Virus record (IMG/VR): IMGVR_UViG_3300017909_004743
Location: 1-37,087 of that record
DNA length: 37,087 nucleotides
Strand: one strand, 5' to 3'
Source of the DNA: a virus
Lineage: Duplodnaviria; Caudoviricetes
The position numbers were made by a program, and so were the translations under genes. A model generated the notes under the pieces. It saw nothing but the letters and a program-made list of their open reading frames with translations. It was not told the origin of the DNA and searched no databases. This document shows, piece by piece, positions 29,363-36,015 of this stretch (position 1 is its first letter; every line of letters starts with the position of its first letter).

Positions 29363-31441
29363 TTAGTAAGAATATGTATTTGTTGTTGAGGTTGTGGAAC
29401 CATCCATTCCAGTTGTCACAGTAACTGATTGAGTTGCTTGTGTAACTGTTTGTTGTTGTTCTGAGAGGTCAGCTGTTGTTACTCTGACTGTGGGAGAAGT
29501 TGCTAAGATCTCCTTCCCTCTAACAAGTTTTCCATTTGAATAAGAAGAAGTAACAATGTAGTTGCTTCCTGAAACGTCATCACCAGATGCAATTTCATCA
29601 GTTACAGCATTAATGAAAACATTAGAAGTATCAAGTTGAAGATAAAGATCTTGCTTTCCAATTACATCATTTGAGTATGGAGTTGCAGAAATTTCAATGA
29701 GTGACTCACCTCTATTTACTACGGTAGAAATGATATTAATTGGTGACAACATGATTTCACCTTTGACATAATCAATTGTACCAACATTTTGTTTTACAAT
29801 TACATACTCTGTCTCAGAGTTCAGTTTAAACATAAAGACTATACCAGTCTTCAAGTTTTGATTTGGACTATCTCCAAGATATAATGTATCAGAGATACCT
29901 GATACTTTAAAACCAGATGATTTAATATTAAAACCAATCTCTCCACCATATGTTCCATGACCATGATTCTTAATATGGAATCTGTTACCAAAACAAATTT
30001 CATACTCTGCAAATGCATTTAATACAACTTGCAGGTCTCTACGCATATTGACTGTTGTGATGTTTGAAGTAATAGAAGTATGACTATTGTCTAAAACATT
30101 CTGATACTTACTATACTTAAATTTTCCTCCAAACTGATTTAATTCAGATGAATCTGCATATTGATTTATGTTATTTCTACAAACACCAATTACAGTGGTT
30201 GAACTTGGTGCTTTATTCTCATTGTAATAAACATAAGAATTTGTCTCAACAAACAAATACTTTAAGTCTACTATTTCTGGCACAATGCCAGCAACTGAAT
30301 ACTTCTTAAGTTGTCTTTGAATATCTGTCTTTACAGTGCTTGAGAGGAAAACACCATTAATTGGTTTTACAGCAACTAATACTCTTCCAAACTTAGGAGG
30401 TGATAATTCTTCACCACCAAAAGCAGAAACTGATTCTGCTTCAGGATAGATCTTTGGAATCATTGCTTCATAATCAACTGTGGTAACAGCACGATTCTGA
30501 GAGGCATAAATCTGTGGTGCAAACTTCTTGATTGAATCTACACTTTCAATCTGTGCTCCACCATAACTTTGTTGATCAACAACCATGGTTGTAATATTGG
30601 TTGTTATTGATCCACCATTATTATTGACTAACTGTCCAGCATAGGATAATCTTGATAAATTGTTTCCATTCTCACCATTTGAAACAATATATCCAACCTG
30701 TATTATATTTGGTTCTTGAACTGGCAATCCAAAGATACCATCACCAAATAATATTTCATATCTTTCATTCTCTACTTCCTGCAAATAATATACAGGTGAA
30801 TCTTTCTTCACATCAAACAATCCTTTTGATTGTGTGAACTTTCTTACAATACTAGAACTTTCAGAGTCTTTTACATTAACTCTAATTAAATTGGTATCAA
30901 TACCACTGTTTGTAAGGATGTATTTTTGATTTGGTGTTCTAGCACTTACAGAGAAATCTTGCTGAATAAAAACACCTTCATATACTGTGATAGAATCAAA
31001 AATTGCCAGACCATTATCATCAACACCTACTGTGATATCTTCTGGTATTGAGAAGGTAAAGTTAGTACCAGCAAAGGTTGCAGAAGTTGTAGCAACAATA
31101 CCTTTCTTTAGTGTTACAGAAACTGTTGTTGTGCCACTTACATCAACAGCAAATGAGACCAATGCTTTTGCTGCACGTCTTGGTCTTGGTGTATATCCAA
31201 TGTTCTTTGCTAATGATACTACATTTTCTCTTAATGTAGCACTATCAATGAAGACCTCATTGGTCACCATATTAGCATTATATGAATTGATATATGTGTT
31301 ATATGCTAATAGGTCAATGATGGTTGATAAGTTAGAACCTTCAAAATCATAATCAGTAAAGTTTGAATTCGCACGAAGGTAATCCCTTAAGGATGTTTTG
31401 ATCTGATTAAAATCTAGATTACTGAAATTTACTAAAGGCAT
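29363..31441 (-). CDS. gp6: Baseplate wedge subunit gp6
   Basis: LDFNQIKTSL, FTDYDFEGSNLS.IIDLLAYNTY, FIDSATLRENVVSLAK.IGYTP, FGDG and QNRAVT..DY motifs. Confidence 0.95.
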   Translation of the reverse strand: MPLVNFSNLDFNQIKTSLRDYLRANSNFTDYDFEGSNLSTIIDLLAYNTYINSYNANMVTNEVFIDSATLRENVVSLAKNIGYTPRPRRAAKALVSFAVDVSGTTTVSVTLKKGIVATTSATFAGTNFTFSIPEDITVGVDDNGLAIFDSITVYEGVFIQQDFSVSARTPNQKYILTNSGIDTNLIRVNVKDSESSSIVRKFTQSKGLFDVKKDSPVYYLQEVENERYEILFGDGIFGLPVQEPNIIQVGYIVSNGENGNNLSRLSYAGQLVNNNGGSITTNITTMVVDQQSYGGAQIESVDSIKKFAPQIYASQNRAVTTVDYEAMIPKIYPEAESVSAFGGEELSPPKFGRVLVAVKPINGVFLSSTVKTDIQRQLKKYSVAGIVPEIVDLKYLFVETNSYVYYNENKAPSSTTVIGVCRNNINQYADSSELNQFGGKFKYSKYQNVLDNSHTSITSNITTVNMRRDLQVVLNAFAEYEICFGNRFHIKNHGHGTYGGEIGFNIKSSGFKVSGISDTLYLGDSPNQNLKTGIVFMFKLNSETEYVIVKQNVGTIDYVKGEIMLSPINIISTVVNRGESLIEISATPYSNDVIGKQDLYLQLDTSNVFINAVTDEIASGDDVSGSNYIVTSSYSNGKLVRGKEILATSPTVRVTTADLSEQQQTVTQATQSVTVTTGMDGSTTSTTNTYSY

Positions 31442-31843
31442 TTACCTAGTGAGCTCTAATGCGAATGTTATTTGTTGTCTGGATGCTTCAATACCAATAA
31501 TTTCATAGTTAATTAAAACATCAAATGCATTATTAGGAATGTTTGCTTTTACAACAACATCCCTCAAGTCTACCCTAGGTTCATACTTAATAATTGTATT
31601 TTCAATTTGCTGCTGAATGGATGATGCAGTAATTTGATCTAATGTTTCAAATAATGATTCATATACCTCAGAACCTAAATCAGGTTGAAATGGTTTATCA
31701 CCTGGTTTAGTTAATATTAAATTACGAATTGATCTTGATATTGCATTTTCATTTTTTAATGCAATAAGATCACTGTTCAAAGGATTTGTTTGAAACGTTG
31801 CACTTATATCTTTAAATGGTTTATTTACCCTTTGAACAGGCAT
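31442..31843 (-). CDS. gp25: Baseplate wedge subunit / sheath initiator gp25
   Basis: AISRSIRNLILT.PG.KPFQPDLGS...LFE and YEPRV motifs; directly upstream of gp6. Confidence 0.93.
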   Translation of the reverse strand: MPVQRVNKPFKDISATFQTNPLNSDLIALKNENAISRSIRNLILTKPGDKPFQPDLGSEVYESLFETLDQITASSIQQQIENTIIKYEPRVDLRDVVVKANIPNNAFDVLINYEIIGIEASRQQITFALELTR

Positions 31844-31867
31844 AATCTAGACACTAGGATATGTCTT

Positions 31868-31887
31868 TATTTATAGGGGATATTTAG
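31868..31887 (-). promoter_or_regulatory. Tandem late promoters (CTAAATA and TATAAATA) heading the baseplate operon
   Basis: TATAAATA at 31868-31875 and CTAAATA at 31881-31887, upstream of gp25. Confidence 0.75.
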
Positions 31888-31891
31888 AATT

Positions 31892-32572
31892 TTAAAGGGG
31901 ATCTAAGATATCATTAATTTCACTCTTCCTATCCTTAGAGGTTTTCCAGAAATATGCTTCCTGATCACCTAATCCATCCCTATCATAACCATTCTCTACT
32001 TGATAATATTCAGTAGATACCTTGAAGTCAGGTGTTTTGGGTTTTTCTGGTGTCAAACTGTTATCATAGATACGAGTTCTATTGTTAGGATACAGTGCAT
32101 ACTGCCCATTGACCAATTCAATTAGGTTATGGGACTTATGTTCTGCAGGGTTCTCTGAGGTGGCACAATCAACTGTATCAGGGTCCTGGTGATAGTTATC
32201 CAAGGTGCATACATATTTCCCCTCCATAGTGCCATGATCCCTGGTGTAGATCTCATATGACATGGACCCAATGAAATGTTTAGTAACAGCAACCACACCA
32301 TAATCCATACAATTCCAGAATTGTAGATTCTGTAAATTCATATCAGGATCAGGTGTCTTGGGTTCTGCCAAGAAAGCACTGATGGGTAGTTTATCATACA
32401 TTGCCCCATATTCAGGAAGATAGGTTTCAAAATAAAATGCACGCCCTGGAATGGACTTAGCACTAACCCATACACCTTTTTCAAATTCACCCCAACCAGA
32501 TGTATGATCTGTAAGGTATTCTTTCCTCACCCATACCTCTACAGAGGGGAGGTTTGTAATTAGACACGACAT
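31892..32572 (-). CDS. Conserved hypothetical protein of T4-like marine phages (226 aa)
   Basis: Long ORF with phage-like codon usage; VRKEYL, LPISAF, EHKSHN and YPNNR motifs. Function not recognised. Confidence 0.8.
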   Translation of the reverse strand: MSCLITNLPSVEVWVRKEYLTDHTSGWGEFEKGVWVSAKSIPGRAFYFETYLPEYGAMYDKLPISAFLAEPKTPDPDMNLQNLQFWNCMDYGVVAVTKHFIGSMSYEIYTRDHGTMEGKYVCTLDNYHQDPDTVDCATSENPAEHKSHNLIELVNGQYALYPNNRTRIYDNSLTPEKPKTPDFKVSTEYYQVENGYDRDGLGDQEAYFWKTSKDRKSEINDILDPL

Positions 32573-32599
32573 AGAGAACCGAGATTTTTCGCTAATTTA

Positions 32600-32608
32600 A
32601 TTATAACA
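32600..32608 (-). promoter_or_regulatory. Extended -10 promoter (TGTTATAAT)
   Basis: TGnTATAAT ~27 nt upstream of the ATG at 32572, directly after a terminator U-tract; no clear -35. Confidence 0.5.
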
Positions 32609-32609
32609 T

Positions 32610-32634
32610 AAAAAAAGAGGGCATTGCTGCCCTC
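32610..32634 (-). terminator. Rho-independent terminator
   Basis: GAGGGCA-GCAA-TGCCCTC followed by T7, 8 nt after the stop at 32643. Confidence 0.9.
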
Positions 32635-32642
32635 CTTGTCTA

Positions 32643-32789
32643 TTAACGTCCTTGACCTCTGTAACGCTTCTTTGCTTTATTACTGCTAGTTGCAGCATAC
32701 TTTGTATGATTCCCTTGTCCCTGTCTTGTCTTCTTGGGTTGTGATTCAATAAACACTGAACCAAGCAATGACTTCTTTACTTTTGCCAT
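32643..32789 (-). CDS. Small, highly basic protein (48 aa; not in ORF track)
   Basis: Manual translation MAKVKKSLLGSVFIESQPKKTRQGQGNHTKYAATSSNKAKKRYRGQGR; fills the gap and is followed by a terminator. Confidence 0.8.
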   Translation of the reverse strand: MAKVKKSLLGSVFIESQPKKTRQGQGNHTKYAATSSNKAKKRYRGQGR

Positions 32790-32796
32790 AATTTAC

Positions 32797-32970
32797 CTAA
32801 TTATAATTTTGTGGGAGTGCATGAGCACTGACAATTGTAGCAGAAGGCATTGATGCCTCAAAGATTCTCATTGCCTCTGCTTGATGTGATGCATCTACTT
32901 TCTTGTAGTGAAACTTTCTACCTGTAGATTTTAATCTATAGGTAACCATGTATGGATATTGAGTAGTCAT
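32797..32970 (-). CDS. Hypothetical protein (57 aa; not in ORF track)
   Basis: Manual translation MTTQYPYMVTYRLKSTGRKFHYKKVDASHQAEAMRIFEASMPSATIVSAHALPQNYN; starts 1 nt after the upstream stop. Confidence 0.7.
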   Translation of the reverse strand: MTTQYPYMVTYRLKSTGRKFHYKKVDASHQAEAMRIFEASMPSATIVSAHALPQNYN

Positions 32971-32971
32971 A

Positions 32972-33766
32972 TCAAATCACTCTAGTCTTCTCATGACCAA
33001 CACGAATACGTGGATCACACCAAATCTCATATCCTGCTTCAATAGCATCTAAACAGAATGAGACATCTTCTCCACACATATCTTGTACTGCACCAGACTC
33101 AAAGACTTGCATCTTAGGTGCAAACCATGGATATGGCATCTTCTTCTTACCTTCATCATCAAAGTCTTCAAAGACACCTTTCTTAATCAACACCCATCCA
33201 AATCCTGTGTAATCTACAGTAAATGGTTTCTTACGATTCTGAATGCTATCAACCATCTCATGGTTCATGACACCACCATTATTACGGAAGTCATTTTCAT
33301 CCAACCAGTGTGCTACAGATGTGGTCTTACCATCTTCAGTTGAATACCAACCAGCAACGATCTCCCTCTCTTTGCCTTCTGAATCAATTGCCATATCACA
33401 CAGTTGCCAGAATTTCTCAGTGCTAAACACAATGTCACTATCAATCCACAACTGATAGTCATAATGTAGTTTACCATCCCACGGCACCTGGTTTGGTCCA
33501 CGCAATACATTAGCACCCAAACACTTACAACGTGCAAAGTTAACCATAGAAGAGTAATCCTGACTGATCTGGATACTCATTCCATTCTGTACCATATCAA
33601 AGCACAGTTGTACAAAGTTCTTCAGAAATGTATATGATACTCCACGTCCAGGTAGACAAAATACAATAGTCTTTCCTTTCATTCTTGCCTTAATGGCATC
33701 ATAGTCCCACTCAGGTCCTTTCTTCTTTGGAGGAGATGATGCTTTTACAGTAAATCCTTTTGCCAT
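32972..33766 (-). CDS. Putative GT-A fold glycosyltransferase-like protein (264 aa)
   Basis: YDYQLWIDSDIVF (DxD), TGFGWVLIKKGVFE, GEDVSFC and C-terminal DPRIRVGH pattern. Confidence 0.65.
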   Translation of the reverse strand: MAKGFTVKASSPPKKKGPEWDYDAIKARMKGKTIVFCLPGRGVSYTFLKNFVQLCFDMVQNGMSIQISQDYSSMVNFARCKCLGANVLRGPNQVPWDGKLHYDYQLWIDSDIVFSTEKFWQLCDMAIDSEGKEREIVAGWYSTEDGKTTSVAHWLDENDFRNNGGVMNHEMVDSIQNRKKPFTVDYTGFGWVLIKKGVFEDFDDEGKKKMPYPWFAPKMQVFESGAVQDMCGEDVSFCLDAIEAGYEIWCDPRIRVGHEKTRVI

Positions 33767-33814
33767 GATTGATAATTCACTACAGTTTCAGTTTAGCAGT
33801 TTATATAGTTACTG

Positions 33815-34018
33815 TCAATAACTACACTCTTCTTCAGTTGCTAGGGTTTCCACTACCTCATAAGATAGATCCTCCTCCTCATAATCAGTCTTCATTAACC
33901 CTACCATTGCACGCATCTCATTATATCTTGTCTCAAAGTCACTCTTTGTTAGATTGTTATATACACATTTATCCTTCAAGTATATGTGGTAAAAATTTTC
34001 TGGGGAAATTTTTTTCAT
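33815..34018 (-). CDS. Hypothetical acidic protein (67 aa)
   Basis: Minus-strand ORF co-oriented with its neighbours and filling the gap. Confidence 0.7.
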   Translation of the reverse strand: MKKISPENFYHIYLKDKCVYNNLTKSDFETRYNEMRAMVGLMKTDYEEEDLSYEVVETLATEEECSY

Positions 34019-34055
34019 AAAATGGTTTCTGTTACGGAATTATATATGGAGATAC

Positions 34056-34078
34056 AAAAAAAGAGGCATATAAACCTC
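34056..34078 (-). terminator. Probable rho-independent terminator ending the small-gene cluster
   Basis: GAGGT-TTATAT-GCCTC followed by T7 (5-bp stem with one G-U pair). Confidence 0.55.
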
Positions 34079-34095
34079 ATAGGAATATACTTTTG

Positions 34096-34188
34096 TAGGT
34101 TATCCTAGACCGGTCTTTTTCGTAGGGGGGGGTTATTTTTATCCTTAGATCCCACTACGCCCTAGGGCGGGCATAACATTACCCCCCC
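34096..34188. repeat. Non-coding cluster of palindromes and a G8/C7 inverted repeat
   Basis: AGACCGGTCT 34107-34116; G8 34125-34132; CGCCCTAGGGCG 34158-34169; C7 34182-34188. Confidence 0.75.
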
Positions 34189-34227
34189 AATCACTGTCAA
34201 ATTCACAACACTGTGATTCACAAGATG

Positions 34228-34497
34228 TCAGAGTTCACTGAGCATCTCATTCAATTCTACAGTGTTGAGACTATCATCATTCCACTTAACATTGTCAGGG
34301 GTTGTAGGAGAGAATTCCATCAACATGTGGGACAGTGACTTGTAACCATGCTCTGCCCATTGCTGAGCAAGATGATACAAACCCTCATCATTCTGCAACC
34401 AGAGTGCAACATTCCAGGTCTCATAATTGGTCCAACCATTGTATGTCTGGTCCATCAGATTTGTCTGGAAAGATGTGGTCATTTGTGTCTGAGTCAT
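34228..34497 (-). CDS. Conserved hypothetical phage protein (YNGWTNYETW type, 89 aa)
   Basis: YNGWTNYETWNVALWLQNDEGLY motif; directly downstream of a 33-bp motif copy. Confidence 0.8.
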   Translation of the reverse strand: MTQTQMTTSFQTNLMDQTYNGWTNYETWNVALWLQNDEGLYHLAQQWAEHGYKSLSHMLMEFSPTTPDNVKWNDDSLNTVELNEMLSEL

Positions 34498-34499
34498 GG

Positions 34500-34532
34500 T
34501 TACACTGTAGGTCCACTTTAGAGGTAACTAAC
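34500..34532 (-). promoter_or_regulatory. 33-bp conserved promoter-like motif, copy 1
   Basis: GTTAGTTACCTCTAAAGTGGACCTACAGTGTAA; near-identical to 36115-36147 and 36894-36926. Confidence 0.75.
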
Positions 34533-34543
34533 AATGTTTTTTA

Positions 34544-34580
34544 TATGTGCCCCACATAAACAACATATATGGGGCACATG
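34544..34580. repeat. Two operator-like TATGTG-N3-CACATA sites in inverted orientation
   Basis: TATGTGCCCCACATA 34544-34558 and TATATGGGGCACATG 34566-34580; starts are 22 bp apart. Confidence 0.8.
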
Positions 34581-34588
34581 AGTTAGTA

Positions 34589-34681
34589 TCAATAAAGTGC
34601 CACAATAGCATCCAAGAGTAACAGCAACTCAGTGCCATTCTCAGCATAGTCCAGAGCATCAAAGCACTGTGTGATTGACAT
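34589..34681 (-). CDS. Small acidic/hydrophobic peptide (30 aa; not in ORF track)
   Basis: MSITQCFDALDYAENGTELLLLLDAIVALY; the only evident ORF behind the sigma70-like promoter at 34801-34829. Confidence 0.55.
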   Translation of the reverse strand: MSITQCFDALDYAENGTELLLLLDAIVALY

Positions 34682-34710
34682 AATAAAAGTGTGATTTAGT
34701 GGGTGTAATA

Positions 34711-34756
34711 CTGGGTCTTACGTTGTGAATCAGTCTCCCAATCCTGTACTGCCCAG
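34711..34756 (-). ncRNA. Candidate structured RNA element in a long 5' leader
   Basis: CUGGG/CCCAG closing stem, purine-rich internal loop, and inner GGAUUGG-GAGA-CUGAUUC helix with a GNRA loop. Confidence 0.4.
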
Positions 34757-34800
34757 AGTGTTAATTAGTGGTGGGTCTTATGTGTGTCTTTCACCCTTAT

Positions 34801-34829
34801 AATATACAGCAGATTACTGATACTGTCAA
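34801..34829 (-). promoter_or_regulatory. Sigma70-like promoter (TTGACA-17-TATATT)
   Basis: -35 at 34824-34829, -10 at 34801-34806. Confidence 0.75.
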
Positions 34830-34865
34830 GGGACTATGTGCAGTTCTCAAAGTGTCTGTGGGGGG

Positions 34866-34894
34866 TTGACATAATGGGAGATTGCTGATAGACT
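34866..34894 (+). promoter_or_regulatory. Sigma70-like promoter (TTGACA-17-TAGACT), divergent, no downstream ORF
   Basis: -35 at 34866-34871, TG one base before the -10 at 34889-34894; points into the repeat array. Confidence 0.65.
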
Positions 34895-34942
34895 GCACGC
34901 TTAGATAACAAAACCTAAGTATATTTAATCACACCTTTATTC

Positions 34943-35016
34943 TATGTGCCCCACATACAACTATGTGCCCCAGATGTGTGCCCCACACTGACATCTTATG
35001 TGCCCCACATAGTCAA
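34943..35016. repeat. Array of four TATGTG-CCC-CACATA-type sites
   Basis: Copies start at 34943 (perfect), 34962, 34975 and 34997 (perfect). Confidence 0.85.
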
Positions 35017-35195
35017 ACTATGCTACTCAAACTCTCCTCCAATCTTCCTTGCATTTGTTCTAGAAAGATGGTTCCTTTTACCTCTGCAATCCTCTCATAT
35101 TCATCCAGTATTAGGTTGATATGGTGATAACATGATTCAGGGATTCTGGTCTTCACAGTTTTACCTAAATTAGGAAACTTAGAGGAGAAAGGCAT
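35013..35195 (-). CDS. Putative ribbon-helix-helix (CopG/Arc-like) DNA-binding protein (60 aa)
   Basis: MPFSSKFPNLGKTVKTRIPESCYHHINLILDEYERIAEVKG...: alternating basic beta-strand, then P, then amphipathic helices. Start moved to ATG 35195 because the GTG at 35246 lies inside the promoter. Confidence 0.55.
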   Translation of the reverse strand: MPFSSKFPNLGKTVKTRIPESCYHHINLILDEYERIAEVKGTIFLEQMQGRLEESLSSIV

Positions 35196-35198
35196 TAC

Positions 35199-35254
35199 TA
35201 TGTGACCCACACATGTGCTCCACATAGTATAACTTATTTGCCCCACATAGTCAA
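35199..35254 (-). promoter_or_regulatory. Sigma70-like promoter (TTGACT-17-TATACT) overlapped by three operator-like palindromes
   Basis: -35 at 35249-35254, -10 at 35226-35231; sites start at 35199, 35212 and 35235. Confidence 0.8.
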
Positions 35255-35261
35255 CAAGGTA

Positions 35262-35516
35262 TTAGATAGTGGTTCCTGCATAGTTTATATTTTTAGCGCT
35301 AACCTCTCTCAGAAGGTTATTATATTCCTCTCCATTATCATTGAAGTAATCTGATATTTCAAACAGCATATCTTTCTCATCATATTGTTCATAACTGCTG
35401 TATAATTGATCATATACAATCTCCATCAATGTGTCAATATCCATGGAGTCAACAACATCTTGGCAGAACCTTTTTTTGATTTGAATGAGTTTTTCTTTAG
35501 ATTGATTGTTGGTCAT
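35262..35516 (-). CDS. Hypothetical acidic protein (84 aa)
   Basis: ATGA overlap with the upstream ORF; VVDSMDIDTL motif. Confidence 0.75.
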   Translation of the reverse strand: MTNNQSKEKLIQIKKRFCQDVVDSMDIDTLMEIVYDQLYSSYEQYDEKDMLFEISDYFNDNGEEYNNLLREVSAKNINYAGTTI

Positions 35517-35659
35517 TTGATTACATTAGAAGGAGGATTAAGAAGTGCCTCAAGGGCAGCATTTCTTTCTTGAATGTTAGAAACTGTTTTGGAGTTCATA
35601 ACAGTGATGAAGATGTTTGCACCAATGATTGTTGTTAGTGCCAGAAGAAAGATTCTCAT
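35513..35659 (-). CDS. Small protein with N-terminal hydrophobic helix (48 aa; not in ORF track)
   Basis: MRIFLLALTTIIGANIFITVMNSKTVSNIQERNAALEALLNPPSNVIK; ATGA overlaps at both ends. Confidence 0.75.
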   Translation of the reverse strand: MRIFLLALTTIIGANIFITVMNSKTVSNIQERNAALEALLNPPSNVIK

Positions 35660-36015
35660 GCAAACACATAACCAGAGGTGAAGTCTTCAGTCTTGAAGAT
35701 ACTCTCTCCATTGATTTTACCAACAAACTTTCTTACATACCACAGGAAATCTTTTTGGAAAACTCCCTCACCAGTGATGCAAAATTCAGAACAAAGTGCA
35801 TTGAGTCTGGATTTTGTGGTGTTAGATTGCCATCCACCATCAAAGATTGTCATGTCATGATCAGTAACCTCAGCAATCTTGTTACCATGAAGGAAGACTG
35901 AAGAAACTACACATTTGTCACCATCATTAAAGAAATTAACAACCTTTGTGTTACCAGATTTCCAATCAGTTTCAGACTTGATTGCATTGATCATTTGTTG
36001 TTCAATCTTACGCAT
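35656..36015 (-). CDS. Conserved hypothetical phage protein (119 aa)
   Basis: MRKIEQQM, LHGNKIAEV and GGWQSNTTKSRLNAL motifs; first gene after motif copy 2. Confidence 0.8.
   Translation of the reverse strand: MRKIEQQMINAIKSETDWKSGNTKVVNFFNDGDKCVVSSVFLHGNKIAEVTDHDMTIFDGGWQSNTTKSRLNALCSEFCITGEGVFQKDFLWYVRKFVGKINGESIFKTEDFTSGYVFA

Noticed and set aside
34172-34200. Minus-strand sigma70 promoter from TTGACA at 34195-34200
   Set aside because: No acceptable -10 at 16-18 bp spacing.
34544-34580. Rho-independent terminator
   Set aside because: The hairpin has no U-tract on its 3' side on either strand, and its arms are copies of the operator-like motif.
34711-34756. c-di-GMP-I (GEMM) riboswitch, from the GGGCA...GNRA...ACGUAA resemblance to its P2 arm
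   Set aside because: No P3 arm with tetraloop receptor and no P1 could be found; kept only as an unassigned structured RNA candidate.
35196-35246. 17-aa N-terminal extension of the RHH-like ORF given in the ORF track
   Set aside because: The GTG lies between the -35 and -10 boxes of the gene's own promoter and the extension is just translated repeats.
34943-35254. CRISPR-like mini-array
   Set aside because: Repeats are only 15 bp, spacing is 13-23 bp with some overlap, there are no spacer-sized unique segments and no cas genes. Operator/iteron layout fits better.
352-35901. Plus-strand and alternate-frame ORFs in the track (e.g. 662-1126, 15805-16155, 30987-31352, 35629-35901)
   Set aside because: They overlap well-supported minus-strand genes, mostly use non-ATG starts and mirror the codon bias of the real genes.
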